From the human T2T-CHM13v2.0 reference genome, Homo sapiens, in assembly GCF_009914755.1 (NCBI RefSeq), contig NC_060925.1: a stretch of DNA of 64,000 bases, one strand, 5' to 3'. Shown in pieces: positions 29,001 through 42,724 of the stretch. Position 1 is the first letter of the stretch, and each line of letters opens with the position of its first letter. Under the pieces are notes generated by a model. That model was not told the DNA's origin, did no database searches, and was given only the letters and a program-made list of their open reading frames with translations. The translations under genes and the position numbers were made by a program.

Positions 29001-29299
29001 AGAGGAGAGCAGAAAAGTGAGACTGAGAAGAGTCGACTCCAAGAGAGACAAACTAAAAGAGACAAAAAGAGACGAGGGCAAAGACACAACAGAGAGCCTA
29101 GTGGAAGGAGAGATGGGCAAAGCAGAGATGGGGCTGTATGTGCATAACATTTGCCTGAATTCCGGTGGGTGAAGGAATAAGAAAGGTGGCAGGTGGCGTG
29201 GGGGCGGGGGCAGTGGTATATGAAGCCAGTGAGAATCAACCTGGCTCTCCCTAACATAGCTTTAGCGAACACCACTCCCCCGACTTCGGTGATTTCCAC

Positions 29300-31595
29300 C
29301 CCCCCAGACTGAGCTACTTCTCCCCCTCCCCGTACCGCGGGGCCTCCGAACGCTCCCTGCGCACTCCCCAAGCCCAGACCTGACATCTGGCTGGGCCTCC
29401 GCAGCTCCCGCTCTCGATTTGCCAGGCAGAGCCCCTCCTCCAGCGCAGGGCCCTCCCCCGCCTTTCCAGCTGCCAGCCCCCTCCCTGCTGGCAGACAAGC
29501 CCAGGCAGACAGCCGGCCAAGCCTGCCCCCGCAGCCGCGCCAGCTCTGCCAAGCCCGGCAGAGCTGGGGGCCCAGGGTGGTACCCGCTTCCCTCGAGCGA
29601 GCAGTCCCGCTGACCTCGTGCCCGCGCAGGGATCAGGACCCAGCACCCTCCTCCTCCCCGCGCTCCAGGTCGCCCCGCGCAGCCCCGCACCCAGGCGCCC
29701 GCGTCCCGCTCCCCAGGCCTTCGCTCTCGCGCTTTCCGCGTCGGCGGCGCGGGGGCCCCACTGCGTCCGTGTGCCTGGCCGTCTCTGGGCGTGCCCTATC
29801 TTCTCTCTGGGGTTCTCTGTGTCACATTTCAGCCTGGCTGGCTTGCTCCCTCTGTCTCTCTGTCACTTGTTCTTGTCTCATCACAAATCTTTGCTCAAAG
29901 TTTCTTCGTGGTCCCCTTTCCTGAGGACAAGCCCTGCCCTCTGCCTGCGGGCCCGCGTCCTCTCCTCTCTTCCCTGGCCCTCCTCCGCCCTGCTTACGTC
30001 CCGGCTCCCCGGGGGCCGGGGCGGAGACCAGGTGCCCGTCGGGGCGGAGCAGCCCTCCCTGCCCCGGCGCCAGCTTCGCTCTTACCAGCTCCTGTTTGAG
30101 GCGACGGAGATAGCAGTCCATTTCCCTGCTCTCCATCGTCATGCGCCCATTTGTCGGGTTCGGTTCAAACAGAGAGGGCCCGGGTGAAACCCCGGCCCCA
30201 CTGGAAACTGCGCTCCGGGCCGGCTCCCCGCCCCTGCGCCCGTAGCGCTCGCAGCGCGGAGCTGAGCCTGCGCTCCGAGCCCGGGACTCAGAGTCGCTTC
30301 CCCAGCGGCTAGCCGCGCGCGGTCGGTGCTGGGGGTGGAGGGAAAAGTGGGACAGCCAATGAGAATTCAGGGGGGCTGTCTTCAGCCAATGGGCAGGGCG
30401 GCCGGGAGGCCGGGCTGGGCGGCCGAGGCGGACCCTACCGCAGTGTTTGCACAGGACCCGGGCGCAGCCACTGGGGCTGGCGAGGACACACCTGGTCCCG
30501 GCCAGCGCGGCGGAGGGCATCGTGACTCCAGGCTGTACCGCGGCCCCCAACGAAGCACGTGACCCTCGTGTGGTCATAAAGGGAGAGCACAGTTTTACGG
30601 GGAGGGACTGGGTAGCGGTCTCAGTAACAGGCAGAGTGCCATAGTGTCAGTCCCTTTTCCCAAACTCCGATCAGGAAGGGAAACACCCCCACCCACTCCG
30701 CTCCCATCCCCAGAAGTCCCTCAGAAGCTCTTTTCTCCCCGAAGAGGACCCTGGGAAGGTGGCTCCCGCCTCACTCCTAGAGTGAAATCCTCGCAGCCCT
30801 GCCCTCGCGGGCGGAGCAGAGACGCCGCCGCTTGGCCGGTTCACGCCTGTCACACAAAGCCGCCGAGGGTCGGCTGCGCCCCTGGCAAGGCTGTAGGGCT
30901 GGGGATACTGAGTATGACAGGCGAGGTCCCTGCTCTCAAGAACTTACATGGGAGAGAAGGGGAGACAAGATAAACAGGTAAACACACACACACACACGGT
31001 AAGCACGGTAATTTCAGACAATGATTTTTATGAAAACATGAAACGGGGTAAGGGGGTCGGGCTGCTTTCCCTGGGGCCTTCAGTGGGGTGGGCAGGGAAC
31101 AAGCCTTTCTCTCCCCAGAGCTCGGCGTCAGTCAACCTAGCTGACGCTCTCGCCTTTGGCGAAGCGCTCTAAGGCCGGGACGCTCCTTTGTTATTCAAAA
31201 GGAGCCGGGCGAGCGCCAGCCAGGCCCTGGAGGATGGAGTTGCGGCCAATAGGCTCGATAGGCCGATGGGCTCCGCAGACCGGTGGGGGGTGCTCCTCCC
31301 AGCCCAGCCCTGGACGCCGGGCTCCGCGCCCGCCAGCGCTGCTCCCTCCCAGCGCGGAGACGCCGCGCCCGGCCGGGACAGCCGGGGACGGTGGCGGAGA
31401 GCACGGAGAGTAATTAAGCAATTAGCGACGTGTTGTTAAAAGGTAATTAACGGGGAAAAGTTTGCCCCAGGCAGGATTAGAGGTCTCTGAGTGGGACAAC
31501 TGTAAGAACACCAGAGAAGGCACGAACGGTGCCGGCGCCGCCATCGGTCCGTCCGTGGCAGCCAAAAGTGCCAGATATGCTAACTATTGAAAGAT

Positions 31596-31600
<5 letters not shown>
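29300..31600. promoter_or_regulatory. CpG island / bidirectional promoter of INKA2 and a + strand lncRNA
   Basis: Very GC- and CpG-rich. Two CAGCCAAT boxes 30 bp apart (30353, 30383), GC boxes, CACGTGAC E-box (USF/TFE-type) at 30556 and another CCAAT at ~31246. Confidence 0.9.
30086..30142 (-). CDS. INKA2: INKA2 coding exon 1 (MTMESREMDCYLRRLKQEL)
   Basis: ATG at 30142, 19 codons, CTG|GTAAG donor, phase 0 matching exon 2. Confidence 0.93.
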
Positions 31601-32032
<432 letters not shown>

Positions 32033-32582
32033 TTAATCTTTAGAAGAGTTTGCAGAGTCCAGTTGAATGGCCTCCACTTAACAACCCCAGGTCCTCAATT
32101 ACACAATAGCCCTTGCCTACACCTTTCAGCCTAGCCCCAAGTGTCCCTCTGGGCGAAGCTGGGGCAGCTGTAGCCAATGGATAGAGAAAAGAAAAAAGAG
32201 GCACAATATGGGCTGAACTTGGTCGGTGACCGCTGGCCAAGCCCAGGCAACTCTGGTCCTACCAGTCTGAGCAGTATTGGCCCTCCTGCCTTTTCTGCAG
32301 CTGTGGGCAGAAATTCTCCAAGAGATCCCTTTCTATGGGACCCACCAGATGTTCAGAGTGAGAGCTGCCCCCAAGGACACAGCTGTGGTTTCCAGTCCAG
32401 CTGAAGAAGTTCTGTAGTTGAATACTATGGGACTGGGATAGAAAGGACCCAGCATTGACATATAGTCCACAGAGGGGGACTTCAATGGGGACAAACACCA
32501 CAAAAGGGTTCCCCAACTTGAAGGGCCTGGCTTTGCTCCATCTCCAGTCTCCAGCACGGTAGTCAGATGTAAGAAACTCTGA

Positions 32583-33003
<421 letters not shown>

Positions 33004-33201
33004 TAAGGTTGAAAATCCAAAAGAAGTGGGCTGATCTCTTGGCAAGAACCTAGGACTGGGCGGTTGGGTCTTCTGTGCTGCTGACAACAGAGTATGACCT
33101 TGCACAAATGCTTTCCTTTTACTGGGCATCAGTTTCCCCTGCTTATGGGTTTAAACCTTTGTGAGTCTAATACTTTATACTCCTTACAAAACTCTCTTCT
33201 G

Positions 33202-33487
33202 GGCTGGGCGCAGTGACTCATGCCTGTAATCCCAGGACTTTGGGAGGCCGAGGTGGGCAGATCACGAGGTCAGGAGTTTGAGACCAGCCTGGCTAATATG
33301 GTGAAAACCCGTCTCTACTAAAAATACACAAATTAGCCTGGTGCGGTGGCGGGCATCTGTAATCCCAGCCACTCAGGAGGCTGAGGCAGTAGAATCGCCT
33401 GAACCGGGAGGCGGAGGTTTCAGTGAGCCGAAATCGCGCCACTGCACTGTAGCCTGGGTGACAAAGCGAGACTCCGTCTCAAAAAAA
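33202..33487 (+). mobile_element. Alu (S-type)
   Basis: Alu body with TSD aactctcttctg. Confidence 0.95.
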
Positions 33488-35467
33488 TAACTCTCTTCTG
33501 AAAACTAACTGTGAAGTAGTCAGGAGCAGGGGAATGTTTACCCCATCTTACAGATGAAGAATGTATTGTTAGCAAAGCCAGCTCACATTCCATCCATTTT
33601 CAGGTAGAGAGAGATAGCAAGAAAACAAATTGATAATCATAATACCAGTGCAGAGCTCAAAAGAGAAGTTTTAGACAAGTCTGAGGTGGTATCACTGTGT
33701 GGTTCCCACAAGACTTTGGAGGACAATTACTGTCTAACTCTGAAGTCCTTTCATGGTGCTGGGCCATTGCAACTTACGTATTCCCTTGCTTCTGAGAAGG
33801 CCAACGTTACCCCAGGAGTGTGTGTGTGTTGGGGGGCAGTCTCTCTCTTGCCTTGTTGCTGAAGAGGTAACTCTCATCTGGGCAGAGCAGGCAGGTGGCA
33901 AAAGTAGGAAAAATAGCTGCCTTCTGCTTTTTCTTTTTAAAAAAGGATTTAAGTGATGAGAATAAAGCCTGTTGCCATGGTTATATAAACATGGATAAAT
34001 ATTTCTGGGCTGGGGATGGGGGCTGGGGGACGTGATTCATTTCTGCTGAAGAGGAATCAGATGGCTCAGCCTCCTCCCTTCCACCCACCCCCCTCCGAAA
34101 CTCAGCCTGGAGGAAGGATGAGGTTATCTCATTCGAAAATAAATAATAAAGAAATCAAAGGTCTTGGGATTGGTTGTGAACATACCTTCTTAATGCTGTT
34201 CAGACCTGGGGTGGAACCCTCAGAAGGTACGTAGCCATTTGCCCTCCAGTGGTCGGTACTTTACCTGACAGAGAGGGTGCAGCTCCTGGAAACTGTATCC
34301 AGTGCTGTCAACTCTTGGGACTTGACTGCCTAACCTAGCCAGGGAAGGTGGCCCCCTTTGTCCCACTGCCAGAGCCTGAAGCTCCTGGCACCTATCAATG
34401 AGCTCAAATGAAGAGGCAGAACCAGTTGTGTCCCAAGGGAGCTCAGATCCTATATTAAATAATGGAAACACCACCATTCTCCTGGCTCCAGATCCTATGG
34501 CACCCACCTGGAGGTCCCTATCCACCAGGTCCTAGCCAGCTCTGGAAGACATACCCGAGTGAGGCAGTATCCAGCTTCTCATCTCTACTGGCAACAGGAG
34601 AGCTGGACAGCACATCCTGGTGCAAGGAGAGAGATATGTGGTCACATACCAGTCTGGAAACCTCATCATAACATCACCCTCCCAAGGGCAGGGGCCCTAT
34701 CCCCAGTGCCCTCATTCCTTGCCCCCGACTGTGGCTGCCAACAACTATTACCCCAATCCCATCACCCACCACATGCTGCCTGATCATCAACAGGAAAGGC
34801 TGACCCTAGAGATAAACACATGCTGTTGGAATGTGTTCAGATATCACTGCGGAACTGTTTCTCTCTAGGGAGAGGACCTTGCCTGACAGGCTGGCCCAGA
34901 GGTGCTGAGCAGAGACTGTGTACGTGTCTGTGTGGGAACACATTGGGATGGTAGGGGAGGAACTGGACTGAGGCCCAGCTATTCTTGAAAGCATCCAACT
35001 CCTAGCTTTCATGACATCTTCCTTTGTCCACCTTAGACACAGGACTGGGCTCCTCTGACCCTTGTAATTCCAATACCAGGAGGGACAGCTGAGAGGATGA
35101 AGTGGCCTGTGTGTTGGGGAACCCTCTCAGTTCCAAAAGAAATAATCACTTCGGGTTTTAATTAAAAATTAAAAAAACCCTTTGGACTGGGTGGAGGAAT
35201 CAAAGACTGCAGTCATAAAAAGGTCCATGAACTTTGGGTGTCTTCAAACAAAGGTTGTCATTCTCTTACAGATGGAGCAACTCAACCCAAAAAGGTTGGT
35301 CTGTATGGTGACGGAATGTGGTCTCCCAGTTTTCAGCACAGCACTCATTCAGCTATTCTGCTCTTCAGAAAGCAGGAGGGATGTGCCCTAAGGTGGACTA
35401 TTGAAATGATGAAAGCCACTGAGGAAGTGAGTTCTGATGTTCCACATCCACAGAATTGCCATCACTC

Positions 35468-35728
35468 TTTTTTTTTTTTTTTGAGACAGAGTCCCGCTCT
35501 GTCGCCCAAGCTGGAGTAAGTGGCATGATCTCAGCTCACTGCAACCTCCGCTTCCTGGGTTCAAGCGATTCTCCTGCCTCAGCCTCCTGAGTAGCTGGGA
35601 CTACATGTGTGCAGACTACAGGTGTGCGCCACCACGCCCAGCTAATTTTTGTATTTTTAGTAGAGACGGGGTTTCACCATATTGGCCAGACTGGTCTCAA
35701 ACTCCTGACCTCGTGATCTGCCCGCCTC
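35468..35728 (-). mobile_element. 5'-truncated Alu with a small internal duplication
   Basis: The Alu body stops at gatctgcccgcctcg. gactaca(t/g)gtgtgc is duplicated. Confidence 0.9.
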
Positions 35729-36124
35729 GTGCTTTTACCCATAGTGCTAACTTAGACCACCACTCTCACAACCTTTACTTCTTTATAAAGTCACTGGGCT
35801 TCAAGATCAGGCTATCAGTTACAGAGTTGCTGAAACTTTTTAGAGAGGGACTGAAGGAAGGTGATAGAAGAAGAAATAGCAATATGGTATTTTGAGTAAA
35901 CTTCATGTATGAATGGCTCCCAGGCTATCTCATCTGAACAGTTTTCAAGTGCAAAATTAGATTTGTCCAAATAATGAACAGGTAGTCTGTGGGCTGATAC
36001 TCACTTCTATATGGAATAATTTGGAGCTATGGGCTTGGTGCTTATGGTGCCTAAGCAAAGATCTCATTGCTACTTGGGAAGCAAGTATTTCCATTTTGCA
36101 AACATTTACTGGAAAGGCAAGCAA

Positions 36125-36128
<4 letters not shown>

Positions 36129-36155
<27 letters not shown>

Positions 36156-36158
36156 GAG

Positions 36159-36210
<52 letters not shown>

Positions 36211-36499
36211 TTGAGACAGGGTCTCACTCTGTCAACCAGGTGGAGTGCAGTGGTGTGATCACGGCTCACTGCACCCTTGAGCTCCCTTGGCTCAGGTGAT
36301 CCTCCCACCTAAGCCGCCAAAGCAGCTGGGACTACAGGCACATGCCACCATGCCCAGTATATATATATATGGTTTTTTTTGTGGAGACAGGGTTTTGCCA
36401 TGTTGCCCAGGTTGGTCTTGAACTCCTGAGCTCAAGCAATCTGCTCACCTCAGCCTCCCGAAGTGCTGGGATTACAGGCGTGAGCCACCGTGTTGGGCC
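36129..36499 (-). mobile_element. Alu (J-type) with a tail-associated (CA)n/(TA)n/Tn compound microsatellite
   Basis: CA run 36129-36154, TA run ~36162-36192, T run, then the Alu body to ~36499. Confidence 0.9.
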
Positions 36500-38316
36500 A
36501 GGAAAAGCAAATATTTTTGAACTACGAAGAACACGTGAAGAATGCCAGGGCACACCTAAGGGAAATATGGTATTTGTGCAAACTAATGATGGTGGATGCA
36601 AACTGTACCAGGAAAGAAAATGGCTCATACCCAGGACTCTCCTGGGACATTCTGTAACATCTGATACTCCAGAGGCCCAGTGCTGGCTGCCCTGTAACCT
36701 TACCATGGCCTGGAACTCAGAGCAAAGGCTCATTTTATCACATACCACTTGGCCATCTCCACTAGCTAGCTGTAAGCAAGGACCAGTGGTTGGCAGCTTG
36801 CCAGGGAGAGACATATTAGCAAGAGGGAAAGAAAAGCCACCTGCTTCTCCTCCTGAGACCATGGGGTGAGGAGAAAAAGAGGTCACATCTCAGGTTTGGC
36901 TGTCTGCATGTTTGCTTCCACCAGACTGGCTCTTAAGTCTCTTCTGTTGTTTTTCAGGAGCCAGAGAATTCTCGTAGCTGTGATTAGACATCAACCTTGG
37001 GCATGCTAAACATTTCAGCCTGGACACCCTGAGAAGAGCCAGTGCCACTGGTGACAGCTGCTTCTGTGCGGGCTTTTGCTTGGCCAGAGAGGCAGGACCT
37101 TCTCCCTGGCATTTTGAGGAGTGGTGCCGGGTGGGCAGTGACTGCACTAGCAACAGTCTATACCAAGAGAAGACCTCAAATTCCCAGAGAAGAAAGGCAG
37201 CGAGGCCAAGAAATGCTGCCGCCGCTTAACAAGTGAAGATGCATACTGGAGAATAGGAACTGAACACGCGAAGGAGTTTCGGCTTTACTGCCTTCTCTCC
37301 TAGCATTGAACAGATCTTCTCTGCTGTTGATTATTCTCCATGAATCATCATCCATAGAAAGTGACTGAGGCAATAGAGAGTGAATAATGAATCTCTCAAA
37401 TAGTCTTTTGTGTTTCTGCCTGGAGGGTTTTGGAAATAACTTGCATCTTAATCTTTCTGACTTAGAATCATAGAATTTGGGAGCTGAAAAGGACCTTCAT
37501 CAGGGCATGTGGCCTCACAGAAAGACTGGAAGAAAAGATTTGTGGGTATGAGCCTCTGGTTCATCACTAAAAATAGGCCTAGTCTAACATATATTGGAGG
37601 CTTTCCTTGTGTCAGGTACTCATTTATTCTTCCAAAACCTTGGGAGGTAGGTGCTGCTATTCCTCCATTCTGCAGAGGAGGAAGAGATGAGGAGACAGTA
37701 GATCACCAGAGGGCAGTGTGAGGGGTGTGCTGGAACCATCATGTGGAACTGGCTCTGGTTCCAGAATCCACATCCTCTCGGTCATTCCACTCCCACATCA
37801 AGTGGCTTTGGACAAGTAATTTAACTTCTTTGGATCTCAGTTTTCTCCTCCGTGATCTCTAAAGTTTAAAAATTACTAACAGTCTGCATCTGCCACCCAA
37901 GCATGTGATTTTACAAGTCAGAAAAGTGTAGCGCAGAAATGTTAAGTGACCTGCCCTAGGTCACCCAGGTTGCTAAGGGCAGAATCAGCACAGAAACCCA
38001 GGCCCAGTGACCACTGCCCCCAGGCAAGACCTCCTTCCCTTCCACTGCACTTTGGCAGGTGTTCTAGGGGAATCCAACTCCTTGCCTTAGAGGAGACCTG
38101 TTCAATGATATCAGATAGACTGGAGATGTTACGTTTTGGTGTGGCCAATCACAACACCAGGATGAGCTTAGGAGGCTGGTGATATTTGTCTATCTAAGCA
38201 CCCCCAACCTATCTATCTGTCTGCTGTTTGTCTATCTTTCTCAGGTTATGCATAGTGACCAAACCCCGCCTGGTAACTGTAGGGAAAGAGCATGACTGGT
38301 GTGTTACAGCTACACA

Positions 38317-38329
38317 CGCCCCCTGGTGG
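38317..38329 (-). promoter_or_regulatory. CTCF motif (reverse), perfect core
   Basis: CGCCCCCTGGTGG reads CCACCAGGGGGCG on -. Confidence 0.7.
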
Positions 38330-40319
38330 TATTTCCAGTTGTTTGTCCTCTTCATGCAAATGTTGCCACCTTGTGCCAGCTCTCTCACCTAGCTTCCTTC
38401 ATGACGACAGTGGTTGCAATTCTGCTCCTCTCTCTGCCTTCCCCTGTCCTTGGCTCCCCATGTCCAGAATCTGATCATTTACTGGTGTGCACCCTGGGAT
38501 GTGATGTGTGCTTTGGGAGGAGACAGGACCCAACAGTATCTCAGCTGTGCTCTGGTAATCAGTGTGCACCACATTACAAGCATCCTCATCCCAGTATCCT
38601 CCCTATTGAAAAAGAAATGGGAAAGGGGTGGATGTGTCAATAAACACAACATTGAAGGCATCTGAAATAGAACAAGGACATCCTGGGTGAGGCATTATTC
38701 ACAATGTGTATCCATATATGTGTGTGAGTGTGTGTGTGTGTGTGTGGTTCAGACAGTCTGAAATGAGCTCTCACCCACTGGTGAGTGGAAAATTAGCTTT
38801 GGCAGGTGAAGAACTGGGTGACAGGTGAGGAAGCCACCAGGGTATCAGTGTTATCCTTCTACTATTGCTGTTTCTGGTGTTGCTAACAATATCTCTCCCA
38901 CCTCTCCCTGTTCCATGAAATGTAATTAGGTAGAGTAGAAATGACTTGGAAGGGCTTGGGCACGTGGGAGAGTAATATGAAGATGTTACAATGGCCTTGT
39001 GACCTTGTAAGTGAGCCATGTGCTTGCAGGTGGGCTGCGCTAGGCTAGTTGCGAATTAGCATTTTCCTGACGGCCCATGAAGCAAGCTGTGTGGTTTTCA
39101 TTTCTAGTGGGTGGAAGAAAAGATGGCACTCCAGGGACTAAGTCCTAGGAAATTCTGCCATCTGGCATAATGTTGGAGGCAGTGTGTGCCAGGGCAGGAA
39201 ATATGGGTTCTTGGGCTGGCTCTAGATTGGCCCTGTAATCTCTAATGCCTCAGTTTCTCTAACTGTAAAGTGGGACAGATAATCCCACTGCTACCTTCTT
39301 GTGAAGGTAAAGTATGCAAAGGCCCTTTGAAATGTCGAGAGCACGGTTCTAAATGTGGCTTGCCTGCCAAAGGAATTTGCCAGGCCTACTGGGAGGCAGC
39401 AGTTTGCTTCTGTGTCAGTTTCTACAGTCTGTGCTCAGACAGGTACTTAAGCATCTCACATCCATAAATCTCACCTCCTATCTATAGTCAGCAAATAAGA
39501 AAAAGGGCAGGCTGATGCTCTGCTTCTGTCTGATCTTCTTACCAATCCTACCCTTGCCTCCCCTCCCCCTGACCTGATGCGATGATCTTGCTGCTCTCCC
39601 TCATCTGTTCTGGGCCTGTCAGTTTAATTTAACAAGGTTCTGGGAGAGGTTTGATTTAATCAACCCAGTTGCTGTATCCATCCTGCTCAGAGGTCCCTCA
39701 GTGTCACCACCGAGGCTCAGATTAGACAGTGACAATTACTTCTTCTTTCCTGGCTATTGCCTCCCCCTTCCCTTTCACTCCCTGGAGGGAACAAGGAGGC
39801 AGACCAATCTCTTGGGACCTAAGAATAGATGCGGGAGGATCAAAGGAGGGAAACAGGCTCTGGCCTGAGAAAGCCCCTCTCCATACCTTACATGGCCTTG
39901 TTTAAGGCTGAGTAACAGCCCAAAGGGTGGAGGGAATAGAAAATGTGAGCGAAGCTGCCTTGCAAAGGCTCAAGGCTGCCTGAGGACAGAGCTGTGCCAT
40001 CACTGATGGCCCCACAGAGATAAAACCAGTCTCCCTTATTGTCAGGAAACTGGGGTGGAGGGTGGGTAGAGAAGTAAGATAGCTGCATGCTCTATGTACT
40101 CCAGACCACGAGCATTTATTTCCAGGTTCTCGGCCTGGATTCTGGGGTCTCCGGAGCTGGGAGACAACCACAACAACAGGAAGGCGAGGCCCCATCCATC
40201 TGAGCTTCTGTGGCTCTGTTCTTGGTGTGGAAGCTGCAGTGACAAGAGGAGATGCCACCTGAGCCAGGGGTTCAGGGGCAGCTGTGTGGGTGTGAGGTAA
40301 CTATGCTGTGTGTGTTGGG

Positions 40320-40320
<1 letters not shown>

Positions 40321-40352
<32 letters not shown>

Positions 40353-40359
40353 CGCGTGC
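40321..40359. repeat. (TG)12(CG)6 alternating purine-pyrimidine tract
   Basis: Read directly from the sequence. Confidence 0.97.
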
Positions 40360-42724
40360 TAGGGAGCCAAGGCAGGGGAGTCTCTGGTGCAGACAGTTCA
40401 AAATTCCAGAACAAATCTCTTTTGTTGTCATTTAACCCTTTCATTTCCCTCTCTTTTCAGGAAGTGGGTGCTCAGCACCTCTTGTTCTCCTAATCAGCTC
40501 AGAGAAGAGACAAAGGCCTCTTCAAGGGAAGCCCTTACTTAGGGTGATAGAAATTCTTTTTCTTTTTGCTCCTTTGTGTCACATTCTTCCATCGGTCAGC
40601 AGGCAACTGACAGGTGTACCCCTCCCTGAGCCCCATTCAGAGTTCCCCTCCCTGCCATTTGTCTCTCACCCAGATATCCAGCAGACACCACCATCCACAG
40701 GAGCTGAATATGATTAGCAGAAACCCTTCCTGACAGCTCCAAAGAGGATCCCTCAAATGCATATTCTATTGAGTGCATCTCATTGCTGCTGACAGCCGCT
40801 TTATCAATTAAATTCCACATTCCGTCTTCAGAGATGCCATGAACCTCCCTACCTAATAAATCATAGGCCCCCAGTTATTGTTAAATGTCCCATCAGTCTC
40901 TAATAAACTCCCTGCCAAAAGGGGCAGGTTATTTATTATGCTGCCTGGACAAGAATAAATTGGGCCCCTTTCTCGAAAGAAGAGCAAACACGCCACCTTC
41001 CTCCCTAAAGACTGAGGCAGTGGTGTTAAATGGGACAATTAATCAATGTGGGCCTTGTGCAGAGAGGAATCTGGTCTGAAGCCTGAGGGAGGATCACCTG
41101 GGGTTCTCTTCCAAAGCCAGTCAGGCAATCCCCATGGTGGGGGGTGGCTGTGCAGTGGGCATGGGCTCAGGCTTTTGCTAGTTCTCCCTCTTTCCTAATT
41201 CCTGAGGCTAGTCACCCCATAAGCCATGAGACACATGTAAAAATGGGTATTTTCCACGTTGGGAGGTAGCCAGCTAGGATTGAGCAGGGTCATGAAATAA
41301 TACATTCTATCTAGAAGGGCAGAAGTTGTTTCTTGATAAACTTGATACAACATAAGTTTATAGATGGTGCCAGTTCACTGAACAGATGGCTCAAGAATAT
41401 AACAATGAAAGTACCCGTGGCTAGGCAAAGCAACTAGGAAGCATAAGCTAGTTGTGCTTTGCTGGATAAGCAGCATGTACATAGGGGTGGCACTGGCACT
41501 TGGAAAGCAGTGTACCAACACCTAAAGTCCTAGGAACTGCTAGATCTAAGAAACAGTGTGTGTTGTGGGCCTTTCCATTACTTGCCTCATATTAGATCCC
41601 AAACCTAGGTGATGCTCCAAAGTCTGCAAGTTAAGATCCAAACTGCTCGGCTTTGCCACTACCCAAGCCCCAAGTTACATTTCCAGCTGTATTTCTCTTT
41701 ACTGCTAAATAACACTACCCCCCTTTGGAAGAGCATAATGGATGAGGTGCTCCTTAATATAGGGCCAGTATATCTCTGCATCCTCATGTCCAGGTCATTT
41801 CTGCCATACCTGCCTCTACTCACAGTAAAAGACTTAACTTCCCTAAACAACTATGGCTTTCATGCTTCCACGCCTCTACACAAACTGTTCTCTGTGCCTA
41901 GAATATCTTTCTGAGACTTGTCTGCCTGGTGAGCTCTCTTTCCACTCCCACTGCCTGATGAACGCCTTATTCAGGATAAGCTCAGGGTATCAGCCCCCAC
42001 TGCTTCACAGGACTTGAGCTTTGTCTCCTGGTGCTGCTGTCTTGGCAGAAGTGCTGGACTCCAGGAATTAGGTAAACAATGATCTTGTATGTGCAGTTGT
42101 TCTCTCATACTTCCATACATACTTGAAGCAACTTTGATTTGGGGTGTGGAGGAGAAGGACATAGAGAAGAAAGCTATTGCTCTTTGAATACCAAAAGCTG
42201 TTTTCCTCAGTTTCTCAGAAGTTCTCACTCTCTCCCACGACAGCCACACTTTGAACAACTAAGGCCCTGAAAAAATGTCAGTACTGCATATGATTTTACA
42301 CCAGCTTGTGCTACTTGCATATTTCATGCTTGATCATTTCCCCAGCTGGGCTGTCAACTCTTTTAGGACAGAGGATAGAAAGAGCCTAGACTTTGCTGTC
42401 AAATAGATCTGAGTTCCAATCCCAATTATGAGCTCTGTGACTTTGAGCAGATTACTAATCTTCTTCTGAGGAGTTACTTGAGGGCAGCATCTCCTTCGGC
42501 ATCTGACATGTAGAAGGCTTTTAGGATAAAGTCCAGACACCAACCTGGCCTACACTTCACTCTCCTGCTCATCAAAGCTTACTGTCCCATTTGCATTCTA
42601 AGCTCTTTTAGAATGTGCTATGGTGGTCCTCACCTCCAGACCTCCGTTTTCCCCTCCTCTGTCACAAGGCCAACTTTGATTCATTTTTCAGACTTACTGT
42701 AGCTCTCACTAATGCTAGGAAGAT

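Noticed and set aside
29262-31439. Many 60-190 aa ORFs in the CpG island
   Set aside because: Stop-codon scarcity in GC-rich DNA gives Arg/Gly/Pro/Ala-rich translations with no coding signature.
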